DNA of 49,152 bases from Clostridiales bacterium (GCA_017513085.1 JAFWDK010000035.1:1-49152), one strand, 5' to 3'; counted from the stretch's first letter, positions 18,441 through 27,799 are shown. Translations and numbers: made by a program. Notes: generated by a model from the letters alone, not told the origin.

Positions 18441-20902
18441 TTTACCACAACCTTTTTCTTAAGAGTAGTTGACTCTTTATAAGGACGGACGAGAAGCCAG
18501 ATGAAAGCTGCCACGATGGCGATCGCCAGTACGAACAATGCGATGTTTCCGTCTCCGGCGAACATACTCATGATCTGGTAGACCACGAAGGATACCACAT
18601 AGGCAAATCCACATTCATAGCCGATCGCGAACCACGTCCATTTTCTGTTATTCATCTCTCTCTTGATCGCGCCGATCGCTGCGAAGCAAGGTGCGCACAG
18701 GAGGTTGAAGATCAGGAAGCTCATGCCGGCAGCATAGGTAAACATCGAAGCCAGCACGGCCCAGGTCGAGCCTTCGCCACCATAGAGGACGCCCATGGTG
18801 CCGACGATGTTTTCTTTTGCCACAAGACCGGTGATCGAAGCCACGGTCGCCTGCCAGTTACCAAATCCGATCGGTGCAAAGATCCATGCGATACCGGATC
18901 CGATCTTCGCCAGAATACTGTCGCCGATCGCTTCTTCTTCGAGAAGTCCGAACGAACCATCTGTCCATCCGAGTCGGGAGAGGAACCAGATAACGATCGA
19001 GGAAAGGAGGATGATCGTGCCGGCCTTCTTGATGAAGCTCCAGCCACGCTCCCACATGCTGCGGAGAACGTTGGAAAGTGTCGGCCAGTGATAAGCCGGA
19101 AGTTCCATAACGAATGGAGCCGGATCTCCTGCAAACATCTTCGTTTTCTTAAGGATGATACCGGAGCAGATGATCGCTGCGATACCGATAAAGTATGCGC
19201 CTGTGGAGATCCATGCACTGCCGTTGAAGATCGCGCCGGCGATCATGGCAATGAAAGGCAGCTTCGCACTACAAGGGATAAATGTTGTCGTCATGATCGT
19301 CATACGACGGTCACGTTCGTTTTCGATCGTTCGGCTGGCCATAATGCCCGGGATACCACATCCTGTACCGATTAGGATCGGGATGAAGCTCTTACCGGAA
19401 AGGCCGAAGCGGCGGAAGATACGGTCAAGTACAAAAGCGACACGAGCCATATAACCGCTGGCTTCCACAAACGCAAGAAGGAAGAACAAAACCAGCATCT
19501 GCGGAACAAATCCGAGGACCGCGCCCACACCGGCAACAATACCGTCCAGCACCAGGCTCTTGAGCCAGTCCACACAACCTACGGCATCCAGTCCTTTTTC
19601 CACGAGGACCGGCACACCTGGTACCCAAACGCCGTAATCGGCCGGATCCGGTTCTTCCAGTCCGTTCTCTTCAAAGTACGCAACCGCTTCCAGATAGCTC
19701 TTGCCGTTGACTTCGTCGCCGGCATCTTCCGGAACCGCCTGATAGTACACGTCGATGTCGCTCTGCTCGAGTGTCTCTTCGTCTTCGATCGTATATGCAA
19801 CTTTCACTTCGTCTGTCGTGAAAGCTTTCATATCTTCGATGCTCATCTCTTCGTCAAATCCGACAAAAGCATCGACGGCCTGCACGGCATCGTTGTATTC
19901 TTCTGCGGCTTCTTCCGCATCCGCGGAACCGATGCTGAAAAGATGGAAGCCGTCACCGAAAAGTCCGTCATTTGCCCAATCCGTTGCCGGTGCGCCGACG
20001 CCGATCATGGCTATCCAGTAGATGATAAACATAACCAGAGCAAAGATCGGAAGTCCCAGGAAACGGTTCGTGATGATCTTATCGATCTTATCGGATTTGC
20101 TGAGTGAACCGGTGGCTTTTTTCTTATAGACACCCTTGATCAGCTCGGCGATATAAACGTAACGCTCATTGGTAATGATGCTCTCGGAGTCGTCGTCCAG
20201 TTCTTTTTCCGCCGCCTGAATATCTTTCTCGATGTGCTCCAGTTTATCGGAAGGAACATTCATCTGCTCGAGTACTTTTTCATCACGCTCGAAGACCTTG
20301 ATGGCGTACCATCTCTGCTGTTCTTCCGGCATATCGTGCACGATGGCTTCTTCGATATGAGCCAGTGCGTGCTCAACGGCGCCGCAGAAGTTATGCATCG
20401 GCACACGTTTAGCGTTCGTAGCCGCCTGGATAGCCGCTTCTGCTGCCTCCAGTGTATGCTCGCCTTTCAGCGCGGAGATCTCAACGATATCACAGCCCAT
20501 TCTCTTGGCCAGCGCCTCTGTATCCAGCGAGTCGCCGTTCTTTCTGACCACGTCCATCATGTTGATGGCGATGACGACCGGAATACCGAGCTCAATAAGC
20601 TGGGAAGTCAGATAAAGATTACGCTCGAGGTTGGTGCCGTCCACGATGTTGAGGATAGCGTCCGGACGCTCGGTGATCAGGTAGTTTCTGGCAACTACTT
20701 CTTCCAGTGTATACGGAGAAAGCGAATAAATACCCGGAAGGTCGATGATCTTGACGTCATCGTGTTTCTTCAGCTTTCCTTCTTTCTTCTCTACGGTAAC
20801 ACCCGGCCAGTTTCCCACAAATTGGTTGGAACCGGTAAGAGAGTTGAACAATGTTGTCTTACCACTGTTCGGGTTACCTGCCAATGCAATTTTCAAACTC
20901 AT
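18437..20902 (-). CDS. feoB: Ferrous iron transporter B
   Basis: GNPNSGKTT, VGNWPGVTV, DLPGIYSL, NMMD, FVMELP.Y..P, PCFA. Confidence 0.97.
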   Translation of the reverse strand: MSLKIALAGNPNSGKTTLFNSLTGSNQFVGNWPGVTVEKKEGKLKKHDDVKIIDLPGIYSLSPYTLEEVVARNYLITERPDAILNIVDGTNLERNLYLTSQLIELGIPVVIAINMMDVVRKNGDSLDTEALAKRMGCDIVEISALKGEHTLEAAEAAIQAATNAKRVPMHNFCGAVEHALAHIEEAIVHDMPEEQQRWYAIKVFERDEKVLEQMNVPSDKLEHIEKDIQAAEKELDDDSESIITNERYVYIAELIKGVYKKKATGSLSKSDKIDKIITNRFLGLPIFALVMFIIYWIAMIGVGAPATDWANDGLFGDGFHLFSIGSADAEEAAEEYNDAVQAVDAFVGFDEEMSIEDMKAFTTDEVKVAYTIEDEETLEQSDIDVYYQAVPEDAGDEVNGKSYLEAVAYFEENGLEEPDPADYGVWVPGVPVLVEKGLDAVGCVDWLKSLVLDGIVAGVGAVLGFVPQMLVLFFLLAFVEASGYMARVAFVLDRIFRRFGLSGKSFIPILIGTGCGIPGIMASRTIENERDRRMTIMTTTFIPCSAKLPFIAMIAGAIFNGSAWISTGAYFIGIAAIICSGIILKKTKMFAGDPAPFVMELPAYHWPTLSNVLRSMWERGWSFIKKAGTIILLSSIVIWFLSRLGWTDGSFGLLEEEAIGDSILAKIGSGIAWIFAPIGFGNWQATVASITGLVAKENIVGTMGVLYGGEGSTWAVLASMFTYAAGMSFLIFNLLCAPCFAAIGAIKREMNNRKWTWFAIGYECGFAYVVSFVVYQIMSMFAGDGNIALFVLAIAIVAAFIWLLVRPYKESTTLKKKVVVK

Positions 20903-21135
20903 GCTTTTTCGCCCCCTGTGATCTCGATCATTTCTGCGTCCGCCCTTCTAAGCGACAACTCATAACCTCGTACATTGACCTCGACCGGGTCACCCAAAGG
21001 CGCAACTTTTCTTACGTAGATGCTTGTTCCTCTTGTGATCCCCATGTCCATGATCCTTCTCTTGATCGCGCCTTCACCGTGCAGTTTCACTACGGTGACG
21101 GTCTGTCCGACCTTTGCTTCTTTAAGTGTCTGCAT
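20899..21135 (-). CDS. feoA: Ferrous iron transport protein A
   Basis: RRIMDMGIT.G...APLGDP. Confidence 0.95.
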   Translation of the reverse strand: MQTLKEAKVGQTVTVVKLHGEGAIKRRIMDMGITRGTSIYVRKVAPLGDPVEVNVRGYELSLRRADAEMIEITGGEKA

Positions 21136-21189
21136 ACATATCCCTCCTCATGTGCGACTGTTTGTGTTTTTCCGAACGATCCGGCGAAA

Positions 21190-21402
21190 TCAGATCATGA
21201 CTTTCTTCGCCATCTCTTCATCGAGTGCAATTCTGGCTTCTTTCACTTTTACAATGACATTTCCGCCCAAAGAACTGATCAAGGTTACATTTCCGCCCGG
21301 GGTGAATCCGAGATTCTCAAGGTGTCTTTTGACATCCGGATTTCCGCCGACTTTACGGATTATGTTCTCTTGCCCAGGATCGGCAAAAGTTAGTGGTATC
21401 AT
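21190..21402 (-). CDS. feoA: Ferrous iron transport protein A (second copy)
   Basis: HLENLGFTPG...VKVKEARIALD; upstream of feoA-feoB. Confidence 0.92.
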   Translation of the reverse strand: MIPLTFADPGQENIIRKVGGNPDVKRHLENLGFTPGGNVTLISSLGGNVIVKVKEARIALDEEMAKKVMI

Positions 21403-21466
21403 GTAAATCGCCTCCCGTTTGCTCTGCCGTTCCCTGCTTTCCGCGGGACGGCTCTATCTTGCATGC

Positions 21467-21571
21467 GTTAGCGATTGCTAATCCTGTGTCGGAGTGAAGT
21501 TGTTATATGCTAACCGCACGCTCACAAAAATGGTTAGACACTGCTAACCGATACTGTTATACATGACTAAC
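21467..21571. promoter_or_regulatory. Four GTTAG-N6-CTAAC-type boxes (candidate DtxR/MntR-family operators)
   Basis: 21467 GTTAGcgattgCTAAT; 21499 GTTGTtatatgCTAAC; 21533 GTTAGacactgCTAAC; 21556 GTTATacatgaCTAAC. Confidence 0.75.
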
Positions 21572-21584
21572 ACTTTTCTGTCAA
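21556..21584 (-). promoter_or_regulatory. sigmaA promoter of the feo operon
   Basis: TTGACA-N17-TATAAC, with the -10 overlapped by box 4. Confidence 0.75.
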
Positions 21585-21692
21585 GAAGGGATTTTTATAC
21601 TAAATGCATAAATAACACTTACTCAGCTGGCAAGTTTTTCTTCTGTTTTCTTATTACTAGTGTATAATGGATAAAAAACATCGGAGGATGTA

Positions 21693-22355
21693 ATGCGTAA
21701 GGAAACTGATTTTTCTCGAGGCAAATGGACTTTTATCTTCATTTGTGAAACAGCACTGGTGATTGGGCTTCTCGTCCTGATCGTACTCTTTTCGGTCCCG
21801 ACGGAACGCCGCCTGATGGACACCGTGCGAGAGCTTTTCCATGCGAAAGAGGTCAAATTCGATCAGTACTCCAAGCAGCAGAACGTGTTCACCCTCATGA
21901 ATATTGATGAGCGCCGCAAGGGCAACAACAAGATGAAAGATACGCTCCTTGACGATGTTGAGATGCGTTTCCTCTACCGCAACGGTAGCGACAACTGGGG
22001 TCTGTCGATCACTTCCCTGCATTTTGAATCGCATAATCAGGCACGTGAGTACTTCAATTTATACGAGACTGCCCAAACTACGACGATCGATATCCTCAAG
22101 CCCCTCGACTGGTACGAGTATGCCGATTCCCGTGTCAAAGAGCTTGGCTACCACTTGGATCCGGAGATCATGGGTGAAGAAAAATACGAGTGCTACATTA
22201 TGTTCCTGGAGTCCAAGTCCGTGGTCACCATTGAGTTCTATGCCACACCGGATGCGGATGATTCCCAGCAGAAGATCTTGACCGATCTTTGTTACGAGCT
22301 TTCTCTTCCGAACCCCTTCGAACTTGAAAATACGATTTCTGAGCGGGAAGCTTAA
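21693..22355 (+). CDS. Hypothetical N-terminally anchored protein
   Basis: 220-aa ORF, RBS GGAGG, single TM. Confidence 0.75.
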   Translation: MRKETDFSRGKWTFIFICETALVIGLLVLIVLFSVPTERRLMDTVRELFHAKEVKFDQYSKQQNVFTLMNIDERRKGNNKMKDTLLDDVEMRFLYRNGSDNWGLSITSLHFESHNQAREYFNLYETAQTTTIDILKPLDWYEYADSRVKELGYHLDPEIMGEEKYECYIMFLESKSVVTIEFYATPDADDSQQKILTDLCYELSLPNPFELENTISEREA

Positions 22356-22360
22356 TAGGC

Positions 22361-22393
22361 AGGCCGTGAATACAGAAGAACGGCTTGTTTTTT
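22361..22393 (+). terminator. Intrinsic terminator
   Basis: AGGCCGT...ACGGCTT then GTTTTTT directly after the stop codon. Confidence 0.55.
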
Positions 22394-22543
22394 GTCGTCA
22401 ATGGTGGTGTAATATCCATAGTTGATATCATATGAAATGATCCATTTAATTTCCTGATTTTGCAAATATGTTGATTTCTTCGTGCAAAAACGCTGCTCGG
22501 AGTTCTTTTGCCGCGTAAATAACTATGAAAGAAGGGTGAAAAC

Positions 22544-23347
22544 ATGGATCAATTCACGGAGTTGCTTTTGGCTCGGAAAAAGGAGTTGGAAGGCGCAATC
22601 AGGCAGGCCTCGGAAGTTCTGGACGCTTCACCGCCAGGCTTCTTGAAGATATTCAGTTCGGAAAAATCTGTACGGTTCTATCTCGTCGACGAATCCGGAA
22701 ACACAACTTATCTTTCAAAGAAAGCCAATTTAACGCTCATAAGCAAGTTGGCACAAAAGAGTCATGCACAACACTTTCTCCCCAAAGCGCGTGAAGAGCT
22801 GGCTTCGATCGACCGGCTTTTGGATAGACGGCAATATCGGTCAACTGACCAGCTGTTCGCCGGTTTGAGCGAAGAGAGAAAGGCACTCGTGCAGCCTTTT
22901 CTTTGGGATGATGATTATTTTGCCTATCAATGGGAGAATCAGCCTTTTACACCAAATCCGTTTCATCCAGAGGACAAACTATACTCCACCAATCATGGTG
23001 AGACGGTACGTTCCAAGTCGGAACTCGTATTTGCCAATATGTTTTTTGAACTTGGTATTCCTTTTAAGTACGAGTGCCCGCTTCTGCTTTCGAACGGGAA
23101 AGTTTCTTACCCTGACTTTACTCTACTCAAAAAAAGTACCCGTCAAGTCTACTATCACGAGCATTTCGGTTTGTTCGATGATAGCGAGTACAGGAATAAT
23201 GCCTTGCGGAAAATGGATGCTTATCGGCGAAATGGCATTTTCGTCGGCAAAAACCTCATCATCACTTACGAAACCTCGGATTGTCCGCTTGATATTCCCG
23301 CTTTGAAGAAGTCTTTTGCTGAGATTTTTCTGGACAGCGGCCGCTAA
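22544..23347 (+). CDS. Hypothetical protein with C-terminal PD-(D/E)XK/Vsr-like nuclease domain
   Basis: GETVRSKSE...GIPFKYE...YPDFTL...YYHEHFG...K...Y pattern typical of restriction-endonuclease-like folds; helical N-terminus. Confidence 0.65.
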   Translation: MDQFTELLLARKKELEGAIRQASEVLDASPPGFLKIFSSEKSVRFYLVDESGNTTYLSKKANLTLISKLAQKSHAQHFLPKAREELASIDRLLDRRQYRSTDQLFAGLSEERKALVQPFLWDDDYFAYQWENQPFTPNPFHPEDKLYSTNHGETVRSKSELVFANMFFELGIPFKYECPLLLSNGKVSYPDFTLLKKSTRQVYYHEHFGLFDDSEYRNNALRKMDAYRRNGIFVGKNLIITYETSDCPLDIPALKKSFAEIFLDSGR

Positions 23348-23470
23348 TGGTCTGATGAGGGGAGATCTGGGGGGGCGGCGGGGCGGGGAGCGTAAGGGGG
23401 CATGGGCGCTGGAGTGCAAGGGAGCTGGAGTCAGGGGGCAAGGGCGCAGGAGTCAAGGGTGCAGGGGCAA

Positions 23471-23823
23471 TTCATACTTTTTGCAAGTTTCGAGCTCAAA
23501 AGAATGTACTTGTCTCAGTCCTGAATTGACGAATTCATACTTTTTCCCGATTTTTTCTCAAAAGGTATGAAGTCTCATAGACGGAGCGCAAATGGATTCA
23601 TACTTTTTCCCGTTTTTTTCTCAAAAGGTATGAAATCCCTTAGACGGAGCGCAAATGGATTCATACTTTTTCCCGTTTTTTCCTCAAAAGGTATGAAATC
23701 CCTTTGACGGAGCGCAAATGGATTCATACTTTTTCCCGTTTTTTTCTCAAAAGGTAAGAAATCCCTTAAACAGATCACAAATGAAAACATCCTTTTGACA
23801 AAAAAAGTAATCAAAAGGATGTA
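23471..23823. repeat. Six-unit 63-bp tandem array, each unit with an inverted repeat
   Basis: Units start at 23471, 23534, 23597, 23660, 23723 and 23786. TTCATACTTTT...AAAAGGTATGAA; the two end units are diverged. Confidence 0.92.
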
Positions 23824-23865
23824 TCCTCAGTTTTTTATCCAATCATCGCCCAGTGAGCAGTAGCG

Positions 23866-24792
23866 TCACTGGTGCGGTACGTAGAACTCCTTTTCCACAT
23901 CCTCGACGGCAAGAAGATTCGTAAGTTCCTCTTCCGTGACATCCTGGAGATGGCCGATCACGACGCAATCGATGATGTGAGCCTTGTAGACGATCGCAAA
24001 TTCCAGCTTACCATACCGGATGATATCACCCGGCTTGACCTCAACGGTGGTGATCTCTTCTTTATAGATCTTCTCCGCAATCCAGCAGCTCTTCTCGTTT
24101 CCGCCGACATCTTTCATTGTTCCTAAAGAAAATGCCGTGTTCTGGCGTTTCATGATCTCCTGCGAAGTGGCATTGTTCTCCATAACGACCTTGAACTCGC
24201 GATCGCCGATGGACAGGACCGGCATCTTGTCAGGATCGATGGCATCTTCATCCACAACGATGTCGATGGTCAGATCATCATATACCGTAACAATATAGTA
24301 CTTCCTGTCTTCGAGGCAATTACCTTCCTGCAACGTCTCTTCGACTGTCATTTTAGTCGTTCCCGGCTTTACTCCCATAAAAATGTAGGTATAGGTGAAT
24401 CCTGCCCCGTTCATCTTGTCATGATCCGGATCACGGTATTTCTTGTCATACTCGATCTTAACGATTGAACTATCCTCAAAGGTGAATTCATATCTCGGTC
24501 CGCCACCATCAAAAGAAGACAACGTCCACTTTATTTCTTTCTTGCCACTAGTCTTCGGATCTGTATTTGTCATATTGCTGGTCGCTCCTGTGGTATCTTC
24601 GGTAACTCCGCTCTCTCCGGCCGTCTCAGTAGTCTCCGCACTCTCACTGCTTTCCGCAATAGTCGTCGCACTCGTACGGCTGGTCCTCGTATCCGATGCA
24701 TCCGTATCTTTCGACGTACAACCCAAAAGCCCTAAGCCGGCAGCCGCAAGCACAAGCCCCGATGCGGCCAACAACCTTTTAACACTTTTCAT
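23866..24792 (-). CDS. Lipoprotein with S/T-rich linker, Ig/chagasin-like domain and C-terminal cyclophilin-like-fold domain
   Basis: Lipobox LLGC; GAGFTYTYIFMGVKPGTT; MENNATS...MKDVGGNEK...VKPGDI..Y...AIVY. Confidence 0.6.
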   Translation of the reverse strand: MKSVKRLLAASGLVLAAAGLGLLGCTSKDTDASDTRTSRTSATTIAESSESAETTETAGESGVTEDTTGATSNMTNTDPKTSGKKEIKWTLSSFDGGGPRYEFTFEDSSIVKIEYDKKYRDPDHDKMNGAGFTYTYIFMGVKPGTTKMTVEETLQEGNCLEDRKYYIVTVYDDLTIDIVVDEDAIDPDKMPVLSIGDREFKVVMENNATSQEIMKRQNTAFSLGTMKDVGGNEKSCWIAEKIYKEEITTVEVKPGDIIRYGKLEFAIVYKAHIIDCVVIGHLQDVTEEELTNLLAVEDVEKEFYVPHQ

Positions 24793-24913
24793 TTCTACTC
24801 CCTCGCAAACCGACCGTCCCCGCGGGAACCCGGCAGATACCGCTTCCCGCGAGGCACAGATCAAATCATTCCCTCACTATTATATCGTTTGTCGAAGGCC
24901 AGGTACACTACTA

Positions 24914-26119
24914 TCACGAAGCCTTGAAATTGTAGACCGGCTTCATGATGTCGAGGATGTCCACGGAATCCGCGATCACATCTACGATGTCGCCCAGAGA
25001 CTTGTACGCCATGGGCGCTTCGTCCAAAGTCTGCGGGGTGACGGAAGTCGTGTAGATGCCTGCCATTTCAGCCTTATAGGTATCCATGTCCAGTTTTTCC
25101 CTTGCCGCAGAACGCGAAAGGATACGACCGGCACCGTGCGGCGCCGAGTAATTCCACTCCGGATTGCCACGGCCCACCGCGATCACCGAGCCATCACGCA
25201 TGTTGATCGGAATCAGGACCTTCTCACCCGCATGCGCCGCGATCGCGCCCTTTCTCAGGATCATCTCATCGGTATCGATATAATTGTGTACCGTGTGAAA
25301 AGCACTTTTCCCGGTCATTCCGGTTCTTTCCAGGAGGATCTCAGCCATTTTTTCACGGTTTCTCACCGCAAACTTCTGGCAGATCTCCACATCATGCAGA
25401 TAGTCCTCCAGGAAGGAGCCGTAAAGCCAGCACAACTCCTCAGGAACCGTCAGGACCTGTTCATCGTACTCCTTGGCCAGCGCCCGGAGAGAAGACTCGA
25501 TCTCCTTTCTACGACCCTCTTCCTTATACGTACGGATCAGCTCTTCCTTCTTCTTGAAATACTCCTCCTTGCCCTTATGCAGGTCTACGGCGAGGCCCTG
25601 GTAGAACTCCGCCACCTGCTTGCCCAGGTTACGGCTGCCGGAGTGGATCACGAGATAAAACGTACCATCCGAAGAGCGGTCGATCTCGATAAAGTGATTG
25701 CCTCCGCCAAGCGTACCGAGCGATCTCTGCAGATACCTGGTATTCTTGAGGTTACGGAAGCAGCGCAACTCGGTAAGATCGAACTTCTCGACCTTGCCCT
25801 CCCAGACATTCATGCCGGAAGGAATGAAATGCGCGGCCTCATCGATACGCGCGAAATCCAGAGATCGCGCGGAGAGCTCGACTGTGTACATGCCGCAGCC
25901 GATGTCGACGCCTACGATATTCGGGCAGACCTTGTCGCCCACCGTCATTGTAGTACCGATCGTGCAGCCTTTGCCGGAATGCACGTCCGGCATGATGCGC
26001 ACCTTCTGGCCGGAAGTTAACTCATAATCGCACATCTTGCGGATCTGCTCGATGGCTTCGTCTTCCACCACCTTCGCGTAGCAGATCGCCGTATTTAATT
26101 TTCCTTTTATTTCAAACAT
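24914..26119 (-). CDS. rtcB: RtcB-family RNA ligase
   Basis: MPDVHSGKG, VGVDIGCG, GTLGGGNHF, IHSGSR, HNY, RKGA, SAPHGAGR, DEAPMAYK. Confidence 0.96.
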   Translation of the reverse strand: MFEIKGKLNTAICYAKVVEDEAIEQIRKMCDYELTSGQKVRIMPDVHSGKGCTIGTTMTVGDKVCPNIVGVDIGCGMYTVELSARSLDFARIDEAAHFIPSGMNVWEGKVEKFDLTELRCFRNLKNTRYLQRSLGTLGGGNHFIEIDRSSDGTFYLVIHSGSRNLGKQVAEFYQGLAVDLHKGKEEYFKKKEELIRTYKEEGRRKEIESSLRALAKEYDEQVLTVPEELCWLYGSFLEDYLHDVEICQKFAVRNREKMAEILLERTGMTGKSAFHTVHNYIDTDEMILRKGAIAAHAGEKVLIPINMRDGSVIAVGRGNPEWNYSAPHGAGRILSRSAAREKLDMDTYKAEMAGIYTTSVTPQTLDEAPMAYKSLGDIVDVIADSVDILDIMKPVYNFKAS

Positions 26120-26146
26120 TTTCATTACCTCTAACATCATGCCGGA

Positions 26147-27637
26147 TCACGCTGTGATCCCATTATATCTCGGGCTGTTTAAGACCTTTAACATAAAAGA
26201 ATACGGGTCGATTTTTCCCGAAGTGACCATAGAGAAAAGCATCGGTGTAACACCGCTCAGCAGGACCACGCCCTGCTCATTGCTTCTCACCGGGACTTGC
26301 TGGTGTCTGGCGCATACATTCCAGAAGATCAGTTGCGGCAGCTTATAGCCTGCACGCTCGAATCTCTCTTTCGCGGCCTCGAAATTGGTCATCTCCGCAT
26401 TTTTCGCACAGAAGTTAAACTCCATATCCGAGATCAGGAAGATCCTCTTCGGGAGGTCTTTCTGCTTCAGGTGATACTTCACCGCGGTGTCCAGGATCAG
26501 GTCAAAGACCGCCTCGACATTCGTATCCGCCACCTCGCTTTTGGAAGTCACGTAACGCAATTTCTCGACGAAGGTTTTGCCCTTGATCTCGATCAATTGC
26601 GGTCTTCTTGAAAAAGAGATGTAGTGGTTCTTGAAGACACCCTCATTTCTCTCCGCGAAGTACAGACCCAAAGAAAGCGCGACAGCCGCCGGGTAAGCAC
26701 CCGCGCAAGTTGAATACATGGAACCGGAAGTATCGATGACCGCCAGCGAATCCTTCGCACAAGGAAACTCCGGCAACGAAGACCAGGTCGCGTTCAGTGC
26801 TTTTGCCTCGGAAGAGGAAATCGACACGAAGCTCCGCGTATTGTAATCCCAGTTCAGATACGGCAGGATCAGCTCATACGGAGATACATTCTCCGCGTTC
26901 AGGTACGCCTTGCCCTCGGAAACCGCGGACAGGTAAGCGTTGTATCTCTCGCCGTCATTTCTGAAGAAGGCCTTTCTATACTTAAAAAGCGCTCTCGACG
27001 GTTGTGTCTCGTAGTCGAACGTGTAGTCTTTCTCTCTCAGGTTGTTCTCCAGGATACGGATCGCACCTCTCAGCTTCGTCAGCGTTTTTCTGTACTGCTC
27101 CTCGGACATATCCAGTGCTTTGGCCATTTTTTTGCCTTGCGCGCGGGTCTTTTGGGAAGACGCGTTGATGGACGGCAGCCACTTGCCCAAAAGCGTGGTC
27201 GGTCTGTCTTTCTCCAGTGCCGCCAAATCAACGGTCAAGACTCTTTTTACCTCAGAGATCATGGCCGCCTCGGCCGGCGTGCCGAACAAAGACAGCAAGT
27301 CGTCATATCTGCCAAGCTCGCTGAAGAAGAAGATATTTTTCTCCAGGGACTTCGGCGACACAAACGCCAGCCAGTGCACGATCGTGCGGAAGACTCTTCT
27401 CTCGCCCAGACCGCCGCGGATATCTCTTGTGAAGAACAGGAGCTTCATGGCAGTGTCCGCATCCTCGTCGAATGCTTTTTGGAAACGAGCGAGGATATCG
27501 GCTTTTGAAGCCTGTCTCAGCGCACCGGCGCAGGAGAACATATCCAGGCAGGCGGAGTCCGTCGTCTCGTACGTTACGGCACCATTCTCTGTATACGTCA
27601 TATTTACTTTTGTCTCTCTCTTTAAGAACTCCAACAT
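26147..27637 (-). CDS. DUF2828-family protein (helical N-domain plus vWA domain; Ro60/TROVE-like architecture)
   Basis: TENGA...ACLDMF, RDIRGGLGER, GRYDDL, KWLPS, MIDAS DTSGSM, ISDMEF, FWNV; ATG after AAGGAG. Confidence 0.85.
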   Translation of the reverse strand: MLEFLKRETKVNMTYTENGAVTYETTDSACLDMFSCAGALRQASKADILARFQKAFDEDADTAMKLLFFTRDIRGGLGERRVFRTIVHWLAFVSPKSLEKNIFFFSELGRYDDLLSLFGTPAEAAMISEVKRVLTVDLAALEKDRPTTLLGKWLPSINASSQKTRAQGKKMAKALDMSEEQYRKTLTKLRGAIRILENNLREKDYTFDYETQPSRALFKYRKAFFRNDGERYNAYLSAVSEGKAYLNAENVSPYELILPYLNWDYNTRSFVSISSSEAKALNATWSSLPEFPCAKDSLAVIDTSGSMYSTCAGAYPAAVALSLGLYFAERNEGVFKNHYISFSRRPQLIEIKGKTFVEKLRYVTSKSEVADTNVEAVFDLILDTAVKYHLKQKDLPKRIFLISDMEFNFCAKNAEMTNFEAAKERFERAGYKLPQLIFWNVCARHQQVPVRSNEQGVVLLSGVTPMLFSMVTSGKIDPYSFMLKVLNSPRYNGITA

Positions 27638-27665
27638 AAGCTCCACTCCTTTATCTTTAAGTTAC

Positions 27666-27735
27666 AAGGCACTGCAAGATTCGAACTTGTATTTGATTTG
27701 GATAATCATTCACCGACAATTGCTGTAAGTGCCTT
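27666..27735 (-). ncRNA. Putative small structured RNA B (Y-RNA-like, with tRNA-type T-arm)
   Basis: AAGGCACT/AGTGCCTT perfect 8-bp terminal stem, TACAGCAA directly after the 5' strand, CAAG-TTCGAAT-CTTG arm next to the 3' strand. Confidence 0.6.
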
Positions 27736-27738
27736 TAC

Positions 27739-27799
27739 AAGACGCGGTTTTTAGAATGCTTTACCACATAAAGATCTGTCAGTTTGCTGTACGCGTCTT
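27739..27799 (-). ncRNA. Putative small structured RNA A (paralog of B)
   Basis: AAGACGCG/CGCGTCTT perfect 8-bp terminal stem followed by the same TACAGCAA. Confidence 0.55.

Noticed and set aside
23471-23823. CRISPR array or 79-aa repeat protein (23575..23814)
   Set aside because: Inter-palindrome segments are near-identical rather than unique spacers; the ORF stays open only because 63 is divisible by 3
24443-26020. 525-aa plus-strand ORF
   Set aside because: Antisense shadow of rtcB and the lipoprotein gene; no motifs or RBS
27666-27735. tRNA gene or pseudo-tRNA att site
   Set aside because: Only the T-arm is tRNA-like; no D or anticodon arm, no CCA, no integrase nearby
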